Shown in pieces: positions 40,470 through 54,123 of a stretch of 64,000 nucleotides of DNA. The notes below the pieces were generated by a model. It ran no database searches, was not told the DNA's origin, and worked only from the letters and a program-made list of their open reading frames with translations. Location of the stretch: assembly GCA_051362555.1 (NCBI GenBank), contig CM120648.1:11962587-12026586 (forward strand), in the 5' to 3' direction. A program made the position numbers and the translations under genes. The stretch is from Lingula anatina (taxonomy: Eukaryota; Animalia; Brachiopoda). Numbering within the stretch: the stretch's first letter is position 1; every line of letters starts with the position of its first letter.

Positions 40470-41007
40470 GGTGAGACTGCAAAAACATTCTATCAATTCA
40501 TATCGCGTCTGTATCCCATCAATTAGGACATAACACAAGTTGCCCTGGGTGATGTAATCCAGGTGCATGTGTCAGCTTACCATTTCATCATCATTAACTC
40601 TGTATTGTCTCTATGCGCTTTAATACGTTCGTTATTATGTTGCCTGGCATGTTGAATGCTTCTCTCTTCTCATGATCTCTCTCTCTCTCTCTCTCATTCT
40701 CTCTCTTTCTCCCTGGCTTATCCTTTTATTTAATTAAATGTATTTTTTTGAAAAATATTTTGAAAAGTAACTTGTTGAAAAGATTACTTGTTCGCATCTA
40801 CCCACCAGGTAGAATTTTCCTGAAGTAAAGCAATTTTTTAACACGCAAACTCAGCGCTAGGAAACATTCTTACATAGCAATTAGCATCCATCAAATTAGA
40901 CTGCGTCTGTCCCACTTCAGTTATTGTGTAACCGTTTCATCATCATTAGCACTGCTTTACCTCTTTGCGCTATAATGTATTTGTATTATGTCATAAAAGT
41001 TATATGT

Positions 41008-41051
<44 letters not shown>

Positions 41052-41385
41052 TTTCGTTCTGCGTGAAGGTAGGCAGACAGGCACGTAAAAGGCAGAAATG
41101 GGGAAAAATCATTACAGCAAGAGTTTTCTCTCAAACGATTTGACTATCTTGAATGTGACGACTTTTGAACAACCGATAGTAATACTCTGTCAGGCACGTG
41201 CGGATATTAACATGCGCGCGCAAACATGACACAGCATAAGACATGTGAAGACGCGCACGCACACGCGCACGCACACACACACACGCACACGTGCAGAAAC
41301 GTACACGCTTATACATGTACACATGTACATACGCACCAAATGTGTTCATTTCTAAACACGCAAGCAAACGCGATCTTAAATAGGC

Positions 41386-41429
<44 letters not shown>

Positions 41430-41764
41430 CTACAGACCACAACATTAGTCAACAACAATGTAATTAAATCATGTTATCGTGACGCGAGGAGAGATAGAAG
41501 CGTATAATTAGTGACTGCTAGATGTGGCCATTCAAGCTGAAATACTTGAGAAACAAGAATATTACTAGTCGATTAGGGTAAAGCTAAGCATTCGTGCATC
41601 ATCTGTGCTTAAAATAAAACGCTTGATTAGCCACCAAGTCGTTACTGCAAATGTCGGTCTAAAGTAATATAATATAGTAATACACAGTGGTGTTTTACTG
41701 TTATCTGTGCATTTAGATGTGAAAAAAAAATTATGTTTGCCTTGCGGTCTCTCTTAATTGCATT

Positions 41765-41812
<48 letters not shown>

Positions 41813-43573
41813 GCGCTTTGTAATTTGTTCGAATTCCTTGCTACATATCAAACTCATAGCCTAAATTCTCCTTTAACTTTGTTGAGACTAACGAGATGAT
41901 TACATCGTCTGCAATTTACCCAGCTTTATGTTATAAATACGCTGATCCCAGGGTGGGTGCCAGGACCCGCGAAAGCACGAGCGAGCACACGAGCACGTGC
42001 ATGTTCTCCCCTTAGGTGCGGGGGTTCACCCCTTATAACCCGTAGTTATTGTTTTGATAACAATATTCAAATAACAATCCACCAAGACAAAATGTAAATG
42101 ATAATACGACAAAATAATATTTTATAAATCGTTAGAGAACTCGGATAGATGTGAAATTGTAATATTTCATTTCCTTCCTGAATGATTCTCTTTCCTTAGC
42201 AAATCATCAAAACATCACCTCTTTATGGCATAGGTTAAAACGAACTAAAATCAATGTGCTGCGATTATCTCGTAACCGCGGCTGTCACATAATATGACAC
42301 AATACAACACTGACATGATACAGTGATCGATTTCCACAAAAGCACATTTAAAGAGGAAATATTATTGAAAGGCATAGAGCAGCTTGGCGTTTAAAACTCG
42401 AATATAATCTTTGACCATCTCTTTTTTTAGCTACAGTTTCAACTGCAATATGTCTGTGAATATTTTGGGAGATTTTTTTTTTTTTTTTTTTTTTTTTGGG
42501 GGGGGGGGGGGTGCTTTCCCACTTTATGCACTAAAACTGAAGTGCGGAGTATATTTAGAAACCAAAAACAGCTATGCATTTTATTACGTGTTGTTTGACG
42601 GGCTGGGTTGTGGTAACAACATCTTAGCGAGATAATGGATGTTTAAACCCAGCAATTAGTCTGCACGAGGTCTAGGGCCCCATTCAATGCGCTTGAAACA
42701 AAAGGCGTTTTAGCTTTGAATACTGAAGAATGCATTTGAGTGCACCCCCCCCCCCCCCACACACACACACACGCTCGCGCACACGTGCACGCGGGCTCTC
42801 CTCATCCGAAATCGCATCCTTACACCAGATCGAATGAAGATCGGAATAATGGTAGAATCACATTACTGTGGCTGAATCCAAGAGTCACCTCATCAAAGAT
42901 AAAGCTAAGGTCGAAGATGAACTGAGCGTTTTAGACGTCATTTATTCACATTGCCTTTATATTAGATTTATCGGCGAAAATTATACTTTTAATTTCCAGT
43001 CCCTCTATTGCATATGCTTTATCAGGTAAACTGCCCTACACAGTCCTATTGTATTTACACCATATATGTAAAACTTCAGCCTGTTATTGTAATTTTGAAT
43101 GAGTTATCGTCATTTTTATTATTATCATAAAGCGGACTTTACTGACACCGTGCTGAATGCGGCCCAGCAGCTTGTTAAGCCAACTGCGTGATTATCGTCT
43201 GCTTCTGCTGGTATCACGTGACTACAGAGACAGATCTGAACGCACTTTTGGACAGATCGTTCACAACATTCTCTTCCAACAATGCATCTCAGCGCCTAGA
43301 ATTAACTGCGTTTATGATTCACTAATACCAACGAGACACCTGAAAGTTCTGGCAAGCTGGAAAATACGTTGAGTCACAGCTCACGTTGTTTTCGCCATGA
43401 CGCGTCACAGTAGCTGTCTCACCTAAGTGTGCCACCGTGTGCTTTAATACGCGTGTGTTCAGCAGAGCGTTATTGACAGTAAACCTACGCCAGCTAGCAT
43501 ATCAGCTGACATATGTGCAGCTGTAAGAGAAATAAGTAAATGTGTATATGTGCTATAATATACATATACCAAT

Positions 43574-43826
43574 ATGCAGCAGTGCAGTCGTTGGTTGGGC
43601 GGCATGTATGAAAGTCTTACGCGGACCAAGAGACAGTATCTATTGCCACAGGAGGGAGGGGGGCAGACGGTGGACGAGACGGAGACAGCCACCCCTCCAC
43701 GATGGGGTGTAGGGAGTTCTTTGCTACTTGGGACATTTCTGGTTTCTGGACATCTCGTCGTTAATATCGCAGGTCCGTCAGCTATTGTGTCAATGGTCGT
43801 AGCGGCTCTGGCGGCTACTCTGTCTG
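43574..43826 (+). CDS. SLC7 cationic amino acid transporter-like gene, coding exon 1
   Basis: ATG at 43574. Reads LTRTK...GVGSSLLLGTFLVSG...AGPSAIVSMVVAALAATLS, matching the CAT TM1-2 pattern GVGSTLGAG...[20 protein letters not shown]. Donor G|gtaagt, phase 1. Confidence 0.85.
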
Positions 43827-44486
43827 GTAAGTGCCGTTTGTGTAACTTTTCAGTCATTCTCTTATTGCGCATTTCTTTCTTTTTTCTATATTTATTTTAT
43901 TATAGGTTCCTTACCGTCCTTCATTCCTTTCTACACCCCTTTCTACATCCCTTCCTACCTTCCTGCCTGCGTTTCTTCATTCCTTGTCTCCACACCGTAT
44001 TCCTTTCTTCACTCATTCCTTCCTTGCCTCCATACTTTATTCATTCCTCTCTCTCTCCCTCCCTCCCTTCCTTCCTTCCTCCCCTTCCTTCCTTCCTTCC
44101 TCTTCGGAAGACTTTTTTTTATATGTTTTTAACGCGCGTTCTATGCACGGTGTCACTGTTCCATGACTCGCAATATTCATCGCAGTATCTCTTCCAGTTG
44201 CATAATAAGTGCCGCTGTCATGCATATAAAGCACCTGCATGTACAATAACTCTACCTGCTCCGCACATTTCATGCATTTAGTGCATCTGCAAGTCCATTT
44301 ATTTGAACAAAACAACTGGTCAATAATCCGGTAAAATTGATCAAATAGGGTTTACAGTTCTTAAATGTAGCCATTTCATCTCACGAGAGCGTTAGATCAG
44401 TTAGGTCTTTTGTCGCTTTTAACGCCACGCTTTTTCCATGTCCATTACTGTAACTTTGAAAGTGTCATGTATTTTATTATATCATA

Positions 44487-44711
44487 GGGCTCATTTCCAA
44501 CGAAGCTATCGGTCTACGTAGATCGATCCAACGAAGGCTTTCATTGAATGCAATCAGATATTAACACACTTTCTGGTATTGAGTAGAATACGGAAAATCG
44601 GGCGATTACGAGAATGTTTGAAACAAGAGAAGGCGTAGTAACCTGTTAATCTGATTGCATTCAGCGAAAGTCCCCACAACGTAGACCGATAGTTCTATTG
44701 GGAATGAGCCC
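44487..44711. mobile_element. Palindromic MITE (PIF/Harbinger-like), related to 30982-31226
   Basis: TIRs gggctcatttccaa ... ttgggaatgagccc, with ATA duplicated at 44484-44486 and 44712-44714. Inner arms ctatcggtctacgt/acgtagaccgatag and gaatgcaatcaga/tctgattgcattc. Confidence 0.8.
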
Positions 44712-44780
44712 ATAATCGAGAGGGCATGTCTTTGAGCAAGCACTATGGAATACATGTGTATTATTAACACATGAAAAGTT

Positions 44781-44915
44781 CAAAGCCTGTAGCCTGCAAT
44801 TTCAAGAGGGGGGTTCTTTTTCTGAAAAAGTGGACCTTTTTCCATAAAAACTTCATGAACCTTCATCAAATTTTACCCAGATCGAACCTCCCGAACCCCC
44901 CCTGGCTACGGTTCT
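44781..44915. mobile_element. MITE, copy 2 of the 1633-1804 family (reverse orientation, shorter)
   Basis: gcctgtagcctgcaatttcaagaggggg...aagtggacctttttccat...cgaaccccccctggctacggttct aligns to the reverse complement of 1633-1804. Confidence 0.7.
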
Positions 44916-45038
44916 ACGTAGAAATATTTTTGAAAATGAATTCCATACTTTTTATCCCTTAGCGTTTGTGCAGTATTATTCATTGTCTTTAAACCTCACA
45001 ATGTTACAGTAGCTGTTTCACTGCACTAATATTAGGTC

Positions 45039-45040
45039 AA

Positions 45041-45095
<55 letters not shown>

Positions 45096-45097
45096 AT
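45039..45097. repeat. (TAAA)n microsatellite
   Basis: Direct tetranucleotide run, followed by (ATT)n at about 45201-45238. Confidence 0.95.
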
Positions 45098-45196
45098 GAC
45101 ACAATTATTTGTACAGTCGGAATGGTTTCATGTCGGCTTCATCCTTTTCATCAAAGTCATTATAATCCAAATTGACAAGGACGGAAGAGCTAGATG

Positions 45197-45238
<42 letters not shown>

Positions 45239-45422
45239 CCCATGGCTCTTCAAGACCTTTTCTACTCATGTCGCCGTGTATCGCATATAAAATATGTTTG
45301 TTGTGTAATCTACAGTGTATAACGTCTGACGTATGGTTTATTATCATTTTGATGTATAGATTGTATCTTGCTTTCTCTTGTCAGATAACATTAGTGCTGA
45401 TATTAAGTCAAGGGCTTGTAAG

Positions 45423-45598
45423 CAGGGGCGGATCCAGAGATATTTTCTGACAGTCTTCCAAATTATCTTCCTTCCATCCTCATTTTTGACCGTCTTCCGA
45501 CAGAAAAAGTTAGATACCCGTCTATATAAAATCTTGAAAAGACTTGAAATTCTGAGCGTCTTCCAGAAGACCCAGAAGACGGCCTAAATCTGCCCCTG
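45423..45598. mobile_element. hAT-like MITE
   Basis: TIRs caggggcggat ... atctgcccctg. Flanks cttgtaag and ctgtaag look like an 8-bp TSD with one base lost. Confidence 0.65.
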
Positions 45599-46619
45599 CT
45601 GTAAGTATTCTTTTGCCCCTTTTACTTCAGCAACAGTGTAACAAAATGTGATCCATCAATGTATGTATTTTTCTATGGAAATGAATATATGTTCGAATAT
45701 GTATATATTCTCAAGTCTTGTATTAAGTTCACAAGTCGTATACCGCCATGACACGTTCGAAGCAAATTGACTATAGGCGCCATAGCTAGCTACACGACGA
45801 CAGCGTTTGTCTAAACCTGTTACGAAAACAAAAGCAGTATGGAAATCAAATGCTTTTCTTTGGTTGCACTTTTTTGTTATTAATCCTTTTTCCAAAGCGC
45901 TGATGGCCGTTTTGGGCCCGGCTCATTCCCAGGGCTTTTAGCGCCATGTTCGCTCCCAGATTCCAACCTTGTGGTGGCTTAGAAAATGTTTTTTTTCCTT
46001 CGAATAATTGCGTTGATTTTGTCACTTGGGATTTAATCTAGAACGCTAATGTGTTCTCCGAGCTCAGAGTTTCAATTGGCAGCGCCCGCATGTATGGAAA
46101 GTCAGACTACAATGAGTCAGAAATTCAACTGAACGCGAAACAGGTGGTGATTAATAATTCAAGGCCCAGGCTTTGCACGGCCGTGTATATTGCAATGTTC
46201 CTACACCTTCAGAGCCCAACCGGTCGGGTTTACACGTTTGAACATCGGGCAAAACACGCCGAAACAAAACTGCCAAAACTACCGTTTCTGAAATAAAATC
46301 AATGCCATCATATAAAAGTTTAAGTGATATCATCTGTAGTAATTGTTACACTGATAACAGGTCCTCATTTTGTCGGAAAAAAACTGCCATAAAACGGATT
46401 TCCCCTGGGTAAACGACGATTTCCCATACTTTCCCATGGTTGATGACTCCGTACCGACATTCAAAGTCAGTCATGTTTTTTTAAGTGTTTTTTTTTTTTT
46501 TTTTTTGGTAATAAGCTCTTTAGAGATTACATGTATTTCGGAGGGCAGCCATCCATGAAGCTCTACGCGGACCGATGGCAAGCACAGATTTCAGAATAAT
46601 TGCTATAACTGCCGTTTAA

Positions 46620-47659
46620 CCCTCAAGTGACCAAGTGGGGTCATTTACGACCCCAGCCATATGATTTAATGTGCCATCTCTTTATTTTTTATTCGAATTT
46701 TCTTTCCTTGCATGAGTTTGTCAGTCTACTAATCCTACACACTTTCACAGTTTTTTGTAGGGATCAATCAATTAGTATGGCGTATACATCACAAACTCTT
46801 GTGGGGTCATTTATGACCCCAAAGAGAAGCATTGGCTTTTAAATATTAGTTTTTAAATTTTATTCAAATGTTTTGCCCTAGCAACACTGACAGAGAAATG
46901 TCATATGCATGTGTTTCATGCAGCCAGCCAGTGTGCCCAAAACAAAGGCACAGATAAGTGGTTTGTGAAGATTGTGCTTGAAGTGTTACTAACAGTGCAT
47001 CGCTGAATCTAATTTCAATAGCTTTGTTGGAACGTGTTCTCATAATTGGGTCTCTCATTTTGACGGTTACAATTTTCGGGTATTTTGGAAATCTAAAGAA
47101 TTCTGTTAACATCATATTATACATATATTAACAAATTGTATGTGTGGATTTTGTTTTATACACAGATGTGGTAGTAATATACATGTACATGTAGGTTGAT
47201 TGAATGTGTTCTGAGTAGTATGACTTCCTTACCAGCATTAGGGTATTCCCTACTCAGCAAGTCAGCTAATTATTCTTATTGAATTTAGCAGGATGCTATC
47301 TCAAAATAAGTCAAAATATTTTTACTCAAAGTAATTTTGTAATGTACTTTTTTCATTTAGTGTGGCAAATAAAAAGAGAAATACTTCTGCAAGTAGAGAC
47401 TGACAAGGACTGTCTAAATGCCGGTGTAATGTTGTTCTTAAAATCTGTGCTTGGTTATTCTATGCAATAAAAGTATTATTACCGAATACTTATTAAATTA
47501 GATCATTATTAAATACTTGTCTTAAATCCTAGGAGTAGTATAGGTGTGATAAACCATCAACAGCCTTATATAATAAGGATCCCTGTACAGAGCATAATGG
47601 GGTCATAGATGACCCCACTTGGTCATTTCAGTCAGTAAAATAGCTTGGTCTCTTGAGGG
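46620..47659 (+). mobile_element. Internally deleted (non-autonomous) piggyBac element
   Basis: TTAA TSDs at 46616-46619 and 47660-47663. TIR ccctcaag(t/a)gaccaag and subterminal inverted repeat tgaccaagtggggtcat..gacccca. 46868-46981 encodes MFCPSNTDREMSYACVSCSQPVCPKQRHR*VVCEDCA*, the pattern of a piggyBac C-terminal Cys-rich domain. Confidence 0.9.
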
Positions 47660-48080
47660 TTAAGTGAAAAAAAATAGAATTTATTACATATATATCTGTG
47701 TGTTGTGTACAATGAAATTATTGTGGGGCTTTAAATCCAATATATATATATATATATATATGAATAGTGGTTATCCCTTTAATCTCTTTCATAAAAAGCA
47801 ACATTGGATTTCTAACCGCATATCCCACAATCCCACTGAAACATGAATTCACCATTTATTGGGAAACAATGGGATGTGAAGCCAGAGTTACCCCAACTAT
47901 TCTAAAGTCTGGTTACCGCAGTCCCAACTGAGGCCAATGTTTGGAAACTGCAGTCATAGAGAGGATGGAGAGCGTATTCACCGACCTATCGTCATATTTC
48001 AGTTATTAAAAAGATATGTTTGTTTTTGGAAAATTCTGCGTGCTTGCTCAAAGTCTGGAAGGATAATTTTGCTCTTGCAT

Positions 48081-48117
<37 letters not shown>

Positions 48118-48753
48118 TCAGTGCTTTATGTGTTTTATTTTTTATCAGTTATTTACTTCATTTTGATATTTGGTAAAAGATGGCGAATAACCTTCACAAC
48201 TGAATATGTAGCAAGATTCAAAATCATAGTGGTTTTAGTCATCAAATGAAACTGCAGCACCCGGAGTGTCAGAGCCTAAGAGGTTACTGGAAATTAAGCT
48301 CTATACTGCCAGTACCAGGTGTGGTGATTATATACAGGCGAGGCTCCAGTGCTATTTGACACTCAGGGTAAATTGCGTACATCAAAGGTACAGTCTATGC
48401 TGGTATTGTGATCCATGTCTTTGCAGCTGGCTAATTAAGAGATGCATCTAAACGCCTATATAATTTTTTTTAATATCGCACAAATCCTTTTTCAATATCC
48501 CGCATTCCCATTTCCTGGATGACACACAGACATCGGGACTCTGCGTCGCAACTGAGTGTGTCGTATTGTCAACTTTGGTGTCCTGGTAATTTGAGTGATT
48601 GTCAAAGCTGGGTGATATTTGATGATAAATTTCTGGCTTATCGTCTTATCTCGCCCCATCATTTTTCCTTCTTTGATTTCTTTGAATCGCTTATCTTTCT
48701 CCTGTCACTCAGAAAAAACCCGGATCTGCCAGTCACGCGCACACTAACTCTTT

Positions 48754-48812
<59 letters not shown>

Positions 48813-49895
48813 ACGTACAAGCAAACCTCTCTCTATGTTAAAAAAACTCTCCATCCCCTTCTCTATTAGAATGCAATAGACTTTCTCCAATAACCACTAA
48901 TAATCCGACTAATACATCATGAAAGCTACTACATTATGATATAGTGTTAGACGGGAGGCTTTATCATTTATTTATTTGTCACAGATAGATTGTGATAAAT
49001 TGTCAGCCGTGATTAATCATTTGGTCAAAAAGCACTACGTATAGAAAACGTGAAAAAAAGACGCTACAATAACAGCTCTGACTACACTATGGTGTATATT
49101 TTTTTCATCTAACGAAGGAAAACTCCCGATCACAATCAATACGTAGACAGTATTACATATGAATATTTACTTAGCTTTTGACAATGTAAATTGCTTGCTT
49201 CGTCTGCGGGTATCATCAGTGCCGCGATGAGAAGTTTAATTAACAACCCTTAGCGCTATGTTTATTCTCTTTATTGTGTCTATTTATTCTGGTCTTTTTG
49301 TAAGTAGCCTAAATCATTAAAGCGTCGTCTAGACTCAGAATCCACGTTAGTAATATTATCTTGGGTTCTCCAGTTTAATTTTTGAGACGTGCGGATAAAA
49401 AACGTGATTCAAAAATCCATTCACTGGCTAATTCGGCCTAGTTTTGTATGTTGAATGAAGAAAATTTGCATTGCAAGTCACAAGAAAAAGGACAGTTTGC
49501 ATGTTTTTCTATATAGATCATGTAGATCTCTTTCGCACTCAGGGAAAAAATGTACGCAAACCTGTTTTAATTTCACCGCTATATACTATTTTCTCAGCTA
49601 TTTATCTTAGATCTTATTTCTCATACATCAGAAGCTGTCAACGCACTCGTGTAGCTAACATGACACCCTGGCATACAAGTGTGGAATATTACCCAGAGGT
49701 GTGCTCAAACCAGGACTTAGGACTGAAAATCGGGCTTACTCGCGTCATCTGGCAACCCGTTAAAAGAGACACCACATCGCGCTTGATATATATTTGTATG
49801 TTTTTTATCTTAAGTTTAAAAAGCAGATAGCCATATTAGATCGATCTAGACTTTGACGAAATTCTTTTCATTAGTCGCAATCAACTAGAGAGAGA

Positions 49896-49933
<38 letters not shown>

Positions 49934-52193
49934 GGTGACCCAAATTTAATGCATATTCACTTTCACATCCAGGCTGTAATAAAGTACTATAAGTGGTGGA
50001 ATTCAACATGAATTATACAACATAACTGTCACATGACTATCACATGACTGTCACGCAAACCGCTTTTATAGGATCGTTTACACAGAGTGATTTTGAGTCG
50101 TTCTACTTCACTTTTTCAATTTATAAAGGTATCTTCTACAGTCAGTTTATTTCCAAATCCACGGGGAGGTAATTGTCATAATAATAATAATAATAATAAT
50201 AATGATAATCCATTTAGCTCTTAATGATACAGTTTTGCATTTGTCAGAATTTTACACTGACAAGTCTTAAACAAAATGCAAAGATACCACGGTACCGATG
50301 TATATATAGTACATGCGGTATAGCAAGAGCAAAGTAAGTAAAGATAAAACTTAATTTACCTTGTGAGGGAAACTTTGCGAGGAGATTTTTACAAGAAAAT
50401 TCAAAGCAGAGAAGGCATGATAACAACTACAAGTTAGCATGATTTTCCTACAGATCGGTTTGCTATTGCGTGAGACCCAAACCAAGTCAAGTCGTGTTGG
50501 TAAACAGCTTCCATAACCACATTTCTTGACTTGCTGTTGTTCATGTTCTTCATGCAATAAACCACCACTCAAATAGCAGCAATTTCAATCACTTCCGGAT
50601 AAAGATAAAGCCTTTTCTTCATTCGACTAGCAATCAATATTCATTTCGGGACAAAATAAAGCCTAAGAAACGGAATACAATGGGTCTGGCAGTGCTGCTG
50701 GGGGCCCGTGTCACAACGGAAGGTTAGCCAAAAAAATTCCTAAAACTTTTAGACGAAAATGTCGGTCTATTGTGACACTAGTCCAATGAAATTTAATAAT
50801 GTGCTCAATTTACGACAAGAACAAGATAACCATTGCTTCTGAACAACCCTTTGTTTTAACGTTATTTCAATGGATCAATTTTCATCTGAAGAAGACTGGT
50901 TTTTGGTTAAAAATTTGGGACCAATTTCAGAGGTATAATATTTTGTGAAACCGGCCTGTGAATGCCAACCACAAAAATAAACACAAACAAACAAAACAGT
51001 CTGACTCGATGTCCGTGTTGTTCCGGTTTCCGGGCGGTTAGACAAGCGTAAAATGTCATGTGTCTAGATACAGTCAGTGTACACGTAAATACAGAAAGAT
51101 AACGACGTGTTTGTCAAATTGTCTCTCTTCTAGGGTGTCAATAGTGTTATTTGGTATGTTTAAATCAGTGTCAGTAAATGATTTAAACAAAATCTTGTAT
51201 GTGTATTAAAATTATTGTACCACATTTTGTTTTGACTGCATTACCTAAGAGTTTTATTGATAAAGTGCCGGTAGTTATATTTTATGTCCTTTAAATGAAG
51301 GTATACTGTACGCGTTCATAAATTCCTAAAGTCATGTTTTCTATGTCCTACAAAGCTGCTTCCCGTGCACGTGACATTTAAAGCGTCTCCTATTTAGTCA
51401 GTCTATCCCAATTTGTCGCCATAGCAATCCCTAATAATTTGCTTCAATTCGTGGGTAGGTAAATCACGTTGAGGATGCGTGCACTTTTTAAAAAGGCGAG
51501 TTCCGTTAGTTAGGTAAAAGTTTCACGATCCGCTTAAAGCTAACGTTTTAACACGAATGGCGCTCTTAAAGTGTATTGCGTGTGTGCAATAGACGATTAT
51601 CGAGTATTTGGCACCTGCGCCTCATGGTATGTACTTTTAGAACTTCAAAAATCAATAATTGGCCTGTCTGAAAACGTAACGTGAACCCTGCCGTATTCAG
51701 TACAGTGACATTTTGGGGTTTTTGCTTTTGAACTTTTTTGGTTTGTTATGTGAGCACAGATTTATTCAATTCAATGACATTTCGCTTGAGAACTCTTTCT
51801 CCTGTTCTAACCGCACTTTTTATGTTGTCATTTTATTGTGAATGTTTTGAGGTTGTAATGATTTGTTACTGCTCATATTGTATGTATCTCATGTAAACCG
51901 CAAAAATAACGTCAGGGCGAGATCAAACTTGTGCAGGAAATTGTTTCAACTTTTATCGTCCAGATATTATGGATATAATGTTAGCTAATTAATACTAATG
52001 AATTACAGACACCTGTTTAGATAAGTTATTAGTAGTATTAATATTAGTGTTATTATCATTATCATCATCATCAATCATGGTTCATTTATTCATTTATTTA
52101 TTTATTTATTCATTTATTTATTTATTTTTGATTTTACTCCAGTTCAATGATGCCCGTCAAACCATATATCCCATCTCCCACTCTTCATTCCAG

Positions 52194-52630
52194 GTCTTTG
52201 CTGCTTAGAGTTGTACTGCCGTGCAAGAGAATTCTCTCTCTATGCAGCCACTTACAGGGTCACAGGAGAGTTCTCGGCATTTCTCGTCGGATGGGACGAT
52301 ATTATGCAAAACATCTTCCTTGTGGCGTCATGCGCACGTCAGATAAGTGTCTCTATCGACTTCCTCACTGGACTGCGAATCAGGAGTTTTTACGTGGACG
52401 ACCTCGGTTGGGTGCTCGGGCACTCAGATTACCCAGACCTCCTTGCGGGCTGCATAGTGATGGCATGCACTTGGGCGCTCTGTCTGCGCATGTGTCAACT
52501 TCACAAATACTGGCATTTTGTGATGACGGCACTCGTGATGACAACTGTTGGTTTCGTCATGATTTCGGGGCTCTTTTACCTTCGAAGAAGAAATTTCCAG
52601 GGAGAGTTTTTCTTCCATGGCTCTGATGGA
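52194..52630 (+). CDS. SLC7 CAT-like gene, coding exon 2
   Basis: ttccag|GT ... GGA|gtgagt, phase 1/0. GLCCLELYCRAREFSLYAATYRVTGEFSAFLVGW matches CAT [33 protein letters not shown]. Also contains YPDLLA. Confidence 0.9.
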
Positions 52631-52868
52631 GTGAGTCCTTAGAAATGAGTACATGTATATCTTTAAAAGAGATAGCATCATTTTGAAAGATAATCCCTTT
52701 GTTTACGTATTTTTTTTGCAAAATGTTAGACACCAAAGTACCTTTCAAAAATTAAGCAGTTGTAGAAAAAACTCTAACTGTGTAACGTAGTTTTGTGCCT
52801 TTGATCATTGACAAGATGCTTACTTTTCTTTCCAAGGTTTTCATGCGAAAACAATCAAATCGTTTCAG

Positions 52869-54123
52869 ATGCTAGCTGGGGCCGGGTATGGCTTCTTGAT
52901 CTTTGCCTCCATGTTCACGAGGAGAACTTCAATGCGCCGCGTCAGCTCTGCTGGGGGTATGAAGTTTCCAACACTATTCGTTGTATTGTCTATGACGTCA
53001 CTCGGCGCCATTATGACGACACTGACCAGTGTGATTGTGTCGCTGGCTGAGTTTCCTACAACCAATGGGACGTACACAACTCCATTGCTGGAGACCTATG
53101 CAAGAACCGAGAATATTGTTATCACAGATATGATCGCATCTGTTAGTTTACCACTATTGTTATTCTTGCTTGTCCATTGTCTGATCTCCGCCATTATAAG
53201 TGTGACGTCACTGACCTCGCACGGACTCCTTTGGAAGTTGTTCCTGAACAGTGAGGGGTCCTCCCGACCAACTGTGGCCGTACTCAGTTGCGGCATCGTG
53301 ACGACCTTCTCCGCCATTTTGTGTCCTCTTCTCACATTGATTCTAACGGCTGCAACTATAGAAATTGTGAATCACTTAGTGGCTTCAGTGGCCTGCCTCT
53401 ACTCTAGATTTCAAATGATTGAGATCGACGACTTTGCCAAAGATGATGACGTCAATAAAACGTCACTTCCTGGCTACGTTGACACTGACGTCAACGACCA
53501 GTCTGACGTCAGAGATGCAATTAAGAAAGACATAGACATAGTGAGACAAGAAATGGCCAAAGAAACCACAGCAGACGACCACACAGACGATGACAAATGT
53601 GAAGGCAGAAATCATAGAAGCCAGAAAAGGCGCAATAGAGACAGCCAATCAACGGCTGAATCGTCAGACATGGATGAAGGTCATAGTTCTGAGGAAACTG
53701 ACATTGATGCAATAGTCGCTGAATACAAGGACCGAATTAAGGTGGCGGCCATCAGCGCACCAAACAGGCTCACAGGGGACAAGACCCCTACAGTGAAATC
53801 AGAGCGAAAAGTGAAACTTGCAGTGCTTGGTCTCCTTTTGTCTACAGCAGGGTTGTCTGTGTCTCTGATAACGGCGCCCTTGGGGCTCGGTGATCAGCGG
53901 TACGTCTGGCTCATTCTGTTTGCCGCTGGGTTCACAATGATCATCCTCTCAGCTACTGGGTTCATTCTCATGCAGCCGCAGGACGAGTTGGCTAGCCGGG
54001 CCATTACGTACAAGGTGCCGCAGTTCCCATGGATACCAATTATGGCGGTGGTGGTCGGGGTGCATCTTCTCGTGAGAATTCTCGAGAAGACGTGGTTGTT
54101 GACAGGGATCTCGCTCGTTGTAG
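52869..54123 (+). CDS. SLC7 CAT-like gene, coding exon 3
   Basis: tttcag|ATG ... GTA G|gtatgt, phase 0/1. Multiple TM helices, a long acidic loop, and the CAT C-terminal-domain motif QPQ...YKVPQFPWIPIMAV. Confidence 0.9.

Noticed and set aside
43827-44281. Extension of ORF 43574..44281 beyond codon 85
   Set aside because: Read-through into a pyrimidine-rich intron. CAT similarity stops at the G|gtaagt donor and resumes in phase at 52194.
33302-45450. Short low-complexity ORFs (HT, ER, poly-L, poly-I, poly-N, poly-F)
   Set aside because: These are translations of (CA)n, (GA)n, (ATT)n and homopolymer runs.
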